A stretch of 64,000 nucleotides of DNA from Anthoceros angustus (taxonomy: Eukaryota; Plantae; Anthocerotophyta): contig MU008178.1 of NCBI GenBank assembly GCA_010909165.1, positions 570,369-634,368 of the forward strand, given 5' to 3'. This document shows, piece after piece, positions 11,535-24,150 of the stretch. The notes under the pieces were generated by a model. That model was not told where the DNA came from. It worked only from the letters and a program-made list of their open reading frames with translations, and made no database searches. The first letter of the stretch is position 1. Each line of letters begins with the position of its first letter. The translations under genes were made by a program, and so were the position numbers.

Positions 11535-14500
11535 ATGCCAGAGTTACGTGCTGACTCAAGCTTATGCTCTTGGCCTGCTGGTGATGAGCAGACTATGGTT
11601 GGCATGGTATGGCATTGCTTGGCGAGCTGGTCTTGCAAAGATACTGAGTGTTCAATATAATCCGTGCAGGTGGATCGGATGCCTCACCTTTGTAGACTTC
11701 CTGGCCATCATTTCCGGGCTTGTCTTGCTAGTGGCCTGTCAATTGGAGGAGCATTCACTCTGCGCACCAGAAGGTCGGTTCTGTGAATATCCTCGAGTGT
11801 CCAGCATGAAGCCATAGTTGACCTCACTTATCTCAAATACTTGTGAGCAGGAAAGCACCTTTTCCATTGGCTTCAGCGAACATCGACTCAATGCAGGTGT
11901 CAAGTGGTTCTGACTACCCAGTAGAAGCTTTGGCAGGTGGACTGAACGTAGCTGCCCCTCTTCATAATACTGACGGTGCAGCAGGAGCTGCAAAGGACAC
12001 AGCAAACGCTGAGCAAGTCGGCGCGTCCACTTCCAGGTTTTACCAACTTGGAGAAGAATTCTCTTTGAGAATTACTAATCAAGGCTCAGTATGCACAGTT
12101 GCTGAAATCCAGGGTGTTGACCAGGAAAATATGCTTGCTAATGTGTCAAGCAGTTTCAGTGAATTGGGCATTAGGTAGGTATTATTCAGCTAACGCTCAG
12201 AGTGATGTCTTGTTCCCAAGTGTCTCGTTCCTACTTGTATGACTTGTGATGGGTGGCCAGTGTGCAGAGTGCACAGGTATTGACCGAAAATAATCGAATC
12301 TTGGATGTTTTCACTGTTATTCATTCTGAGAGCAAGGCTGCAGTACCAGAGGAATTATGGGACACGGTGAAGGACAGGATTTTCACAAAACTGAAAAGAC
12401 AGGATGATGCCAGCAAGAGTTTGGAAGATCCCATGCTAGCGGAACAGGTACCAGGAGTTCTCAGCCTGTTTTCCGTAAGGACAAATAATGTCTGAGTCTG
12501 CCGTTCAGCTGAAAAATATCGTGCTTAACAGGTTTCATTTCTAACTTCCACCCTCGACAAGGTGGTAAGGGATCAGGGCCACATTGAAGTCCTTGAGGCG
12601 GTGAGTGATGTGTTTCCTTGTATAGCGGGTTTGGTTATCGTGCTGCTGGAAGCATGCATGCTGCTCACAACAATGTTTCAGGTCGATGCCTTGCAAAGGG
12701 GGTTTGAGCAATTGAGAATATGTGAAGACCCGCGCAAGCGAGCAGAGCTCTTGCGATACATTGACAAAATGGATAAGCCCATGGTATGTTTGTTGGGGTC
12801 TCGAATATCTTAGATCACCTTGGCTACCCATAGTCTCCTTCCTGATTGCTATGTTTCTCGATGCGTTTTGTTCTTATTTCTTGTGGATCTCTCTCTGTGG
12901 CCGTTGTGCAGATTACTGCCGTCATCAGGATGTTTTATCTGTACTCTTCTCTTCTGAACGTTGCAGATGAGGCTCACAGCCATCGCCTGAGGAAAGAAAA
13001 GGTTGACTACGCCCTCCCAGCACAACTAGAAGCAGGCCTCCCTTCTTATTATAGCCTCTGCTGCCTGCCAAACAGAAAGATTTCAAGTGTTTTACCAGCC
13101 TGTTCCTGAAGTGCAGGTTTGGGCAAGCACAAGTGCGACCCCCGCATGGTATGCTTCGTTCGATCACACCTTCCGCCTTTTCAAAAAGGCAGATGTGGGC
13201 CCGAAAGAGCTGCAAGCTTTGTTTGACAAGACTGAGGTGCTTCTCCCAGCTGTTGGTGGTTCCAATTGTCCTCTCCATCTGAAGTCTCGTGGTTTGATTG
13301 GGAGGGGGAGTATTGCCATCAACAAATCTAGTCTCTAAATCAAGCAAGTGCTTACTGTGCATGATCACCTGTCAGTACAATCCAGTGTTCACTGCACATC
13401 CAACAGAAGCTAGGAGGCGAGAAATTTTGACATGTCTTCACAGAATTTTCTCAGTCTGCACGGCACGGGAGGTGTGGTATTGCTGCTTTACTTTCTTAAG
13501 CCATGATGCACACAGGGCTGTACTGGGATTATTAAGCGTTATTGTCTTTACAGGATCCAAGGCTTAGCCCAGCGCAGAGAAAAGAACTGGAGGCAGAAGT
13601 TGAGGCTGAGGTTCGTCTTTGCATCTGGCATGTAATAGAGTTTCAATCTAGCATGGTGATGGTGGAGTGTAGAATGCTAAACGGGCTGATGAGCTAATTG
13701 ATCTGCACCAGATTGAACTTCTCTGGAGAACGGATGAGATGCGCACAAAGAAGCCCACCGTGCTGGAGGAGATCCAGACTGGTCTGGATTATTTTCGGTT
13801 TTCTCTGTTTGAGGCAGTTTGTACTACATACAGATATGCGGAAAGCTCACTTCATGTATGTTACAGTGACCTGTTTGGACGGATGTGTCTGTGTTGTATT
13901 CCATTTGAGTTGGATACTTTCAAGATAGTGCCTAAGTGCGTGACATTTAAGTGTGGGCTTGAATTATCTGTTTCACAGCATGTGTATCCGCAAGCTGGTG
14001 TGGTGATCCCAAGCTTTATCAAGTTTGGATCGTGGATTGGTGGTGATCGTGATGGCAACCCTTTTGGTGAGTTGTGAGAACTTTATCTGAATCTGTTCTA
14101 CTGTGAAGCTTAGGGGCTGGTCGTTTGCCAATGCCTTTGCGCTGTGTGTTTGGGAATCAGTTAAGCCGGAGACAACAGTTGTGGCAGCCCTGTTACAGAG
14201 TAGGCTTATACTGGCTGAATACATTAGGCGATGTCGTACTTGTGAGGTACTTTTAGCTACATTGATAAATGAAGCTTTTCACAAGACATGTGTAACCTGC
14301 TCTCTCTACTTAGATACAATCATTGATACTAAGATTTTTTCCTGATACTGTGCGTCTGCAGGAGATTCTAACCCTTTCCCTTCTGATATGCAAAGTCTCT
14401 GATGATTTGCTTAGCAGTCTGGAAGAGGACCAGACTTTGATAGACAAAATCCCAGCTCTCAAGCATGACGCTGCACTGTTTGAGCAGGTAACCTTATTGC

Positions 14501-17500
14501 AGTACTGTGTATGATATGGGTGTGGTCAACAAAGGCTATTGCACCAGAAAGAACACAGAACAGTTTCAAATTATTCCTAGAGTTGATGCCCATTGCATCT
14601 TTGCGTATTTGTTCAGGAGCCATATAGATTAAAGATGCGAGTCATGAGGCACAAACTGGAGCAAAATCTTCGATTAGTAAATGCAGGTCTCCGAGGAAAA
14701 GTGGGCATTGCCGATGAGGTACCCAGAGAAACTCTCCTCAACACATGTTAACTGATTGTCAATTGTCAAGCGTGTTTTTTCTTACTGTCCACAGCATCTG
14801 TCGGTGCAGCTCCTGATTGACATTGAGTACAACATTGATGATATCCCTGGCATTGACCCTCGAGAAGATGCATATGCAAACGAGCAGGAGTTTCTCCATG
14901 ACTTGAAGCTCGTGGATGTGAGTTAACATTATGGATATAAATTACATCTCTGAGATTCATGCATGCTAGCATCTCACAATAACGTCATTGAACTGCAGCG
15001 ATCTTTGAGAAAGCATGGTGATGCTCGCTTGGCTGACAGCAAGCTCAAAGATCTTGTGCGGCTTGCGGAGACATTTGGGTTTTACCTGTGTGCACTGGAC
15101 GTGCGCCAAGAGTCAACTATGCACTCAGAGGTCAGCCCGTAGCTTTTTGAGTTCATAACTTGAAGTCTACCGAGCGTGTATTTCTGTATGTTATTTTGGA
15201 GTTGACGGCATTTCCCAAGTACTTCCATGCACAAGGGTACTCTCAGCACTTTTCCTATCTGAATGTCTTGTTGCTTTGCAGGCCACACATGAGTGCATGA
15301 AATTGCTGGGCCTTGTCGACGACTATGCCTCTCTTACAGAAATGCAAAAGCTGCAAAAGCTGGCTGATGCCCTGTCCTTGCCTCCTCCAGTGGACAAACT
15401 TAAGGTGAGGTATACAATGTGCTTTGTTTGGTGGCTGTGGCACTAGGCGTGGGCTGTGGTCCGACTCTCGAGGTTGTGCACTGCAGGGTATTCTTGAAAA
15501 TATGTCAGAATCAACCCGGCAAGTGGTCGATGTATTCTCTGCTTGTGCTGACATCATGGACATGGTCTCTCTCAAAGCTGTTGCCTCGTACGTCATCTCC
15601 ATGACTAGACATGCATCTCATGTGCTGGAGGTAAGTACCATCTTCTATTGTGTCCTCGATGCCTAGCTTAACAGTAGGTACATGGAGTTAAATATGTTGT
15701 TGCCGTGTGATGCCAGGTCCTATTCCTTGCATGGTTCTCCTGCCGAAATCTGATTGCGAAAGACTCCACTGGCAAGTGGACAGCACGGCTAATAGCAGCA
15801 CCCTTGTTTGAAACAATACCCGATCTTCAGGTATACCATGCTGGAATAGCGTCTGGCTCTACCTTGTCGTAGTGATGTATACTTACCCAATCTTCGTGAT
15901 CACAGCACATGCCTGACGCCCTTTCGGAGCTTCTAAGCAACCAAACCTACAAGGATATATTATATGCTGCGGGTGGTATTCAGGTGACGTGCTGTCAAGA
16001 CGATAGGCACAACTCGATTAACTTTTTGTTTTTCCAATGTAGTGCTTCTGGAGAACCAGGATAGTCTTTAATCTGATATCTTGTACATAATATGCAGGAG
16101 GTGATGCTTGGATACTCAGATTCTTGTAAAGATGGTGGCATAACTGCCAGCGCATTTAACCTCTATAGAGCACAAACAGTTGTCCAGCAGTTGACGAAAG
16201 AAGCTGGTGTGGACGCGCGCATCTTCCATGGACGAGGCGGGACTGTAGGTCGAGGAGCTGGTCCAACTCATGAAAGTGTTTTGGCACAGGTAGGTTTCCT
16301 TCCCTTAGGTAGACTGCTCTACCAGATGAAGCATAGGATTGCTGATAGCAGATGCTAGTCATGTCTGTGGTCTGTGCGCAAATTCAGCCTCCTGGCAGCG
16401 TGAACGGACAAATTAAGTTCACTGAGCAAGGTGAAGTTATCACCTATCGCTATGGGAATGCAGCAACAGCCACCTATGAGCTTACGGTAACCGCATTCGT
16501 CTCATGGAAAATTTGGCTTGGCGTGTGGGCTTCCTTGGTTGTTATCTGCTGCTTAGTGCTTTGACAGTTGATGCAAGTGTATCTGGAGTGGAAGCTTCAA
16601 CCTTGCATCATCTGCAATTCCTTGCAGGTAGGTATAACGGGACTCCTGAAAGCCAGTCATCCCAGTACTCGGGACCAGCAAAGCATCGATCCCAAGGTTT
16701 TTTCTGTGAATGGCTGAAGACCTCTGTTTGGCAGTTACGCAAATCAGCAATGTGCCATAGACGCTCATCTACTTTTCTGCTCTCGTGTAGTATGTTGAAA
16801 TTCTGGAAGAAGTTGCAGCAGAAGCAGAGAAACACTATCGAGAGCTGACAGATGAAACTGAGGGCTTCTACGACTACTTTTACGAAACTACAGTGGTCAG
16901 CGAAATTTCGCTCATGAACATAGGCAGCAGGCCATCTCGTCGGAAAGTTGCAGTTCGCGATAAGTCTTCACTGCGTGCCATTCCTTGGGTCTTTGGCTGG
17001 GCTCAGGTACTTGCTTCTCTTGAACATGCTCGCTTGTGATTGACCTGAACGAATGGCTAACTTTTGACTATCATGTTGGCAGTCCCGGCACACACTTCCA
17101 GCATGGTACGGTGTGGGTTCGGGCATTCGCGCCTTCACGCAGAATAAACCCGAAAGGATTCAACTACTCCAGCGGATGTATATGGATTGGCCTTTTTTCA
17201 GGACATTTCTTTCAAACGTGCAGGTAATTTTACACGGGATGGCAGCATCCCTGCTCCCTGGAAAACCTGGATTGTTCAGGATGATGGCCAACTGGTAGAG
17301 TTATTTCTGTTCTGCAGATGTCATTGTTCAAGGCTTCATTGGAAATTGCGCAGGAATACGCGCGTTTGTGCAGGTAAGTACCTAGTGAGAGCTTTCTCTA
17401 CGCTTCTGCGTCTCCGTTTGGCTGTTGTGTTTTGCAGTTTCTTACTTAAGTGTGTTCAACCTTTCAGAAACCGCATAACTGAGAAACTTGTGTATGATTT

Positions 17501-17947
17501 AGTGGCGCAAGAATTTTCGCTCACAACGGAGCAGGTTGACGCCTTGGTTAATTTTTTTGGTCGATCATTAGTAGCGTCCCTTGCGAACCAAGATGTGAAG
17601 TACCTGAAACTCGGCGCTTGATCACACAGTTCTTAATGGTGTCTCAACAAAACGCGCTGCTTGAAGACAACCCCTTTCTGGAGCGATCGTTTGATACACG
17701 AAGACGCTACTTGGATCCTCTGAACCACATTCAGGTATGCTCTAAGAGGACGTAGCAGGTGGCAAGTATGTGATTCGTTCCTGACCTCAAAGGCGAGAGT
17801 CCCTTCACCTTTATCTCTCCATTGCAGGTTATTCTGTTGGAAAGGAGGAGAGACCCCACAGCGACCCCGGAGCAAACCGAACATTGGGAGAAGCCCCTGC
17901 TACGAACCATCAAGGCCATAGCTAGCAACATGCGTAACACTGGTTAA
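11535..17947 (+). CDS. PPC: Phosphoenolpyruvate carboxylase (RNTG-ending, bacterial-like core) with N-terminal ACT-like domain and possible transit peptide; ~28 introns
   Basis: Spliced exons contain [92 protein letters not shown] and the C-terminus SNMRNTG* (TAA 17945-17947). Upstream exons 11535-11606, 11670-11773, 11851-12174 and 12261-~12447 splice in frame. The start codon is uncertain. Confidence 0.93.
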
Positions 17948-18413
17948 CAGGACCTCCCGGTCTGAGTGTATGTACATAATGCCCATATCTTCACTGTACG
18001 GGATACAAAGAATGCAGGCACCTTCACGGAAGGTCCTCTATGTATGTACCTGGAATGTCAGTATCAAAAGAGTAGATACTGTCTCCTGATATAGATAGAA
18101 AGAGAGAAATAAGGACTCTCGTAAGCAGATTCAGATTATGTAACTTTGGTGGTCACAGGCAGAATAACTCGCACAGTGACGAATGGGGGCAGGGAGGCTT
18201 CTCCCAAGTGTCCGGTAACTTGTAAGTAACAGAGGACTATACAGCCTCGAGTCACTTGGGTATCTGGTATTCCTCCATCTCCTCCTCCTGCTTACTCGCG
18301 GAATACCGATCCCAAGGAAGCATCTGGGAGCGTCGTATCGACTTCATACTTCCTTAAACGTAGCCCGCAGCGTCTTGGCAAACAACTGTGCGGCAGAAGC
18401 AAAGGTTGGTGCG

Positions 18414-20077
18414 ATGGCGACTACCAATCTGCTCTCTGGCGCCGGCGCGATGATGCGAGCTATCGGAGGTTCGCCTTCCTCTTTCAAGGATCTTTGTCAC
18501 AGCCGTAAGCTGCTCACGGAGGGCACTGGTTTCTGCTGCATGAGCATCGGCACTCGTGCGTTGGCCGATAGGCATCAACCAGGTCCTGGCGCGCCGTTTG
18601 CCTGGCTACGAGGAGGAAGTTCCCGCCATAAGCGAAGCGCACCCCTGCCAGAGGCTGCTGCTGCAGTTTCGGAATACGCTGCCGAGGTGGATGTGCGTGA
18701 GTTCTCCAATCTTACCTCGGCTACGGACCGGAATTGTTTCCAGTGCGCAGGAATTTTGAACTTATACCTGGCATGCATTGTTTGAGACAATGTCCGCCTT
18801 TTCCGGAGCGGAACGGAATCAGCTCAGCAATGCATGTCTGGCCTTTGCCACAGGAATTCCTGTTTTGGTGTCTGTCCAGATAATTCTCTGGTGGTAAGGC
18901 GGCAGTGGTCTGAGAATGCGCAGTCGTTGTGTTCATGTTTTGGTCTGCTAGCTCTGGCTCGGCACTGAATCTTTTGAGCTCAACTTAAGGACTGTATGAG
19001 ATTGCATGCCTTAGATATAGCCCAGGGTTATGACAGGGAAGCAGAATGCCACTAGCATCTATTCGCATGTTCTTCTCCAGAGAAACGTACAAATGATCCT
19101 TTAGATTACTGTTGATACCGAGCCAGACTCAGCCTTTCAGCTTTTATTTCTGTTCTAGCTTCCAGTTTAGGTTGATGTCATCTTTACGAAAATTTCTCCC
19201 AACTAAGTGTCGCTCGTGACAATGTGCAGCTGATGAAACAGTCGTCAAGGAGGCAGTTTCAACAGAGCACGCACCTGCAGCTCTAGGACCATATTCCCAA
19301 GCAATCAAAGCCAACAACTTGCTATTCGTGTCAGGAGTTCTTGGTCTCAATCCAGCGGTGAGATCTTCCACTATATAGAGCAAGCATTTGTAGGTTTCTG
19401 TCCAACGAGTGGAGTCTTCTGAAAGTAAGACGAGGGATGCATTTGGAGTCACCATTGATACTGGACATGAGACGCATGGGTTTTTGGACTGTGCAGACGG
19501 GGAAGTTCGCTGCAGAGTCCATCGAGGGGCAAACTGAGCAGGTTGTGAAGCTGTCTTTTAACTGTTGGTTTACTTTCCAAGCCACCATGGATAAACTAGG
19601 GCAAAAAAATCACCATTCCCACAGTTGTTGCCCACTCTGAGCTCCTGCCTTGTTTCAGGTTCTGAAGAATATGGGAGAAATCCTGAAAGCTGGTGGTGCA
19701 AGCTATTCTTCAGTCGTCAAAACAACTATCATGTAGGCCCACCTAACCCCCTGACTCCTTGACACATGTAGATAGCTGGCAGGAACAGAATCGCTGTGAA
19801 CAGGCATCTCACCTCAGGTTCTGGCAGGTTGGCTGATCTTGCCGACTTCAAGGCAGTGAATGAAATCTACTCTAAATGTAAGCCTTGCCTCAAACTTGGA
19901 TACCTCATATTTGCCACATTAGCTTGCCTGGAAACTAATGCTTGACTGCCGGTGGATGCAGACTTCCCAGGACCAGCACCGGCACGGTCCACTTATCAGG
20001 TGGCTGCATTGCCTTTAAACGCCCGAATAGAAATCGAGTGTATTGCGGCGCTTTCCTCCTCCACTGGTAATCTCTAA
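18414..20077 (+). CDS. RIDA: RidA reactive-intermediate deaminase (YjgF/YER057c/UK114 family) with organellar transit peptide; multi-exon
   Basis: Exons give APAALGPYSQAIKANNLLFVSGVLG, VVKTTIMLADLADFKAVNEIYSKYF and PARSTYQVAALPLNARIEIECIA. The N-terminus is Ala/Ser/Arg-rich. Confidence 0.92.
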
Positions 20078-21099
20078 CTGGTAGGAGCCAACTGGTGAGA
20101 ACTCTGTCCGATTGCTGGGACGTGTGAACTGTAGACTGGAGTTACATTGCTTGCAACCTGCAACACACCAAAGGCTGCACTGTGTGATACGAAGATGAAG
20201 AAGCTCTTTGTCTGCCCGGCGACAGGATAGGAATCGGAAGACCTATTAAAAGAATACGCTAGAGCGAAATGCCGTAGGCATACAATTTTGGGATCTGTCA
20301 GTTCTGTTAGTACAGGTCGGTTGTTGGCAAACCCTAATAAAAGAAGTGGTCTCGTGAGCTACTGCTGTGCCAAGTGTCATCCTCATCCAGCCAACTTCCA
20401 AGTTCCGACTTGCGCATTCCTTCCGCTAGTGGACAGCGGCGCGATTTCGAGGGTAGAGAGAGAGCGAGAGCGAGGTCGGATTATTCAAGACGTATATCGG
20501 AGATGGGGCCGGTGACGGTGTCAGGGCACAGGGACACCCTTCTCTCGCATCGTGAACCTGGAGCTGTATGCCAAAACCAACCTCACGTTGGGTCTCATGA
20601 CCTAGTGACTACTGTCTTTGTCGTCCTCCTCTCGAATTTCTGGTGGCTGCAGCATAGCATGGAGAAGCAACGGGAATGAGGCTGAAGAATGCTCCAAAAC
20701 TGGCGGAGGTTCTGCACCAGGATGACCAGCAATCTTGTGATGGTGCTGTTAACAGGGTCGTCGAGAACACGAGAAAGACGTTAGATAATCCTAGTGATAC
20801 TAGTTGTATAGAGAGCTTGCCAATTTTGACAAACAGTAGAGACGAGAAAATGTCTTCCCTTTTCTTTTTTTTTCCTTTTAATCAGCAGGATGGCCCGGGT
20901 TCAGTTTAGATCGGAGTGGGTTCTACGGAATCTGTTTTCGGGGGCTGCTCTTGTGGTACTTCTGTTCGTTCCGAATGTGGAGGCTGAAAATGCGACGTGC
21001 GAAGGTGAAAGGTGACGTTGTGCACCATACTTTGAGACTTGAGTTGGCTGCTATCATTTGGGGCCACATGTGTGATATAATGTAATCGTTTTGCTGCAC

Positions 21100-21845
<746 letters not shown>

Positions 21846-21967
21846 TTCGTCTTGTGTGGTACTACCCACTTGTGTTTGTGAATAAAGTGATGAGCTTGTG
21901 GGCAGAAAATGTGCGTCTGTACCCCCATGGATCGTCATCACACACGGAGACGGGCATTGATGTGCAG

Positions 21968-22553
21968 GAACGCGTACGAGACGTGGAGAAACGAGTGCGC
22001 GGAGCTGGGGCCGGAGCTCCTGGAGCACATGCTGCCGGGGCTGGAGCTGGGGATCGACACGAAGGAGGTGCTGGAGGTGTTCGGGCCGGGCCACATGAAC
22101 GTGTCGGTGAAGCTCAACCGATATCCGCCGTGCCCCGAGCCGGAGAAGGTGATCGGGCTGTACTCGCACCGGGACCCGCAGATTCTCACCATCCTGTACC
22201 AGGATCAGACCGGGGGGCTCCAGGTGATGAATAAGGGAGAGTACGTCCCCATGAGCCCCGACCCAGTGGGCTCCCTGGTGGTGAACATTGGATCTCCTCT
22301 GCAGGCCTGGACCAACGACCGCTTCAGCAGCGTCTTCCACCACGCCGTGGCCAGCAGCGAGAGGACGCGCTTCTCCGTGGCCTGCCTCCTGGGCACGTTC
22401 CTGGACACCGTGCTGCACCCCTGGCCCATCCCGCAGCTGGTGGACCAGGAGCACCCGCAGAAGTACCGCGCCATGGCCTTGCGCGAGGTCCTCACCGCCT
22501 TCGCCAAGCATAGCCGGCAGCCCACCTTCACCCAGGGCGACCGCTCCGCCTGA
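21968..22553 (+). pseudogene. 2-oxoglutarate/Fe(II) dioxygenase (DOXC-type), C-terminal exon only
   Basis: LNRYPPCPEP, HRD (HxD), GGLQV, a distal His (FHHAV) and RFS (RxS) are present, preceded by a TGCAG acceptor. No DIOX_N exon is visible upstream, where the ABP1 relic lies instead. NIGD is changed to NIGS. Confidence 0.75.
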
Positions 22554-22758
22554 CATGTCATCGACCGCTTTCGCCTCTGAGCAGCGCAACGCCATGATTC
22601 AGTCTGCACAAGATGGATACTGCAAATTTGAGGTCGACATAGCTGGCTTGTACAATGCACCCTTCAATCATTTTGTAGAGGCAATGCCTTGCAGTTTGAA
22701 GGTGTGTGCTGGTTTTGTGTTGCCATGTCCATACTGTACTGGACATGCAAGTGACGCT

Positions 22759-23691
22759 TGCTGCAGGCTGCATTTCTTCTTACAAAAAACTGTTGTTCAC
22801 AATCGGAGAGCCGAAACGATGACACTTCCAAGACAGATGATTCACATTGATATCAACTGGTGACGATCACCATACTGCAGCTGCCTGGTACAATGAATCA
22901 AGGAAATGCGGGAGAAAAACCAAGCAAGTCTAGCCTAATTGCACCATGATCCAGGCCTGCAGCTACTTGCAAGGTCCACAATTGCTTGAACCCAATCCAA
23001 ACCTTTCCCAATCCATCCAGAGTATTGAACAAGCCGTCTAGAGGTGGACGAAGGAACTGCGCAGGTAGTCGACGGTCTCGTTGGTGACGCCCAAGTACTG
23101 GGCAATGGTGGCGTCGTCGATGGGGACGGGGGAGGCGGCCAGCAGGGCCTGAGCCACAATCTGCACCCGGGGTTCTGGCTGTTGAGGGTGGCGAAGGCGG
23201 TGGCGTTGCCGGGGCCCACGTTCTGCTGCAGGCTGCATTTCTTCTTACAAAACTGTTGTTCACAATCGGAGAGCCGAAACGATGACACTTCCAAGACAGA
23301 TGATTCACATTGATATCAACTGGTGACGATCACCATACTGCAGCTGCCTGGTACAATGAATCAAGGAAATGCGGAGAAAAACCAAGCAAGTCTAGCCTAA
23401 TTGCACCATGATCCAGGCCTGCAGCTACTTGCAAGGTCCACAATTGCTTGAACCCAATCCAAACCTTTCCCAATCCATCCAGAGTATTGAACAAGCCGTC
23501 TAGAGGTGGACGAAGGAACTGCGCAGGTAGTCGACGGTCTCGTTGGTGACGCCCAAGTACTGGGCAATGGTGGCGTCGTCGATGGGGACGGGGGAGGCGG
23601 CCAGCAGGGCCTGAGCCACAATCTGCACTCCGGGGTTCTGGCTGTTGAGGGTGGCGAAGGCGGTGGCGTTGCCGGGGCCCACGTTCTGCTG
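22759..23691. repeat. ~465-bp tandem duplication carrying the germin 3' coding end and downstream sequence
   Basis: 22759-23223 matches 23224-23691, with TGCTG microhomology at the junction. The differences are mostly homopolymer-length indels. Confidence 0.9.
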
Positions 23692-24150
23692 GAAGTGCAG
23701 CAGGCCCTTGGGGAAGATGAAGAGGTCGCCCTTGTACACAGTGGTCTGGTAGAGCACGCCGGCGTTGGACACGAATCCCACTTTGAGCGCGCCGTCCAGC
23801 ACGTAGAAGAGCTCGGAGGCCCGGTTGTGCGTGTGGGGTGGGGTCTGCCCGCCTTCGGTGAAGGTGAGCAGGGCGGCGCCGATGCCCAGGTGATTCAGAG
23901 CAGGGTACTGCGCGGCGAATGCCGGGCTGAGCCCCAGCCGGAATCGCCCAGCCGGCACCCCCGGGACCAGGCTGAATTTGAAGTCGTCACCTGTGAGGTT
24001 GGCGGGCGGCTTGCAGGGGAAGCCGTCCCCCAGGAGCAGGCTGGAGGCCACATCCCCCACGCAGAAATCATTGATGGCTTCGTCGGCGAATGCCGCTGCC
24101 TGCACCACGAAGAGCGCCAGGAGCACGGCCGCGGCAGCCTTGGCGGCCAT
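23500..24150 (-). CDS. Germin-like protein (cupin), ABP19/20-like; secreted; intronless
   Basis: Signal peptide, NDFCVGD..CK, germin box 1 PPHTHNRASE, box 2 FPKGLLHFQQN and a KGD motif. PAFAAQYPALNHLGI resembles the ABP19-type subfamily. Confidence 0.93.
   Translation of the reverse strand: MAAKAAAAVLLALFVVQAAAFADEAINDFCVGDVASSLLLGDGFPCKPPANLTGDDFKFSLVPGVPAGRFRLGLSPAFAAQYPALNHLGIGAALLTFTEGGQTPPHTHNRASELFYVLDGALKVGFVSNAGVLYQTTVYKGDLFIFPKGLLHFQQNVGPGNATAFATLNSQNPGVQIVAQALLAASPVPIDDATIAQYLGVTNETVDYLRSSFVHL

Noticed and set aside
11870-11900. [10 protein letters not shown] as the plant-type PEPC phosphorylation motif (SIDAQLR)
   Set aside because: The target Ser position is Asn, the basic residue at -3 is missing, and the segment is far from the core, before the ACT domain.
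11535-17947. Bacterial contamination as the source of the bacterial-like PEPC
   Set aside because: The gene has ~28 spliceosomal introns and is contiguous with plant nuclear genes.
21968-22553. 2OGD as the auxin oxidase DAO, which would complete an auxin gene cluster
   Set aside because: The LNRYPPCPEP motif is the generic DOXC type rather than the DAO-type sequence. The substrate cannot be assigned and the gene is truncated.
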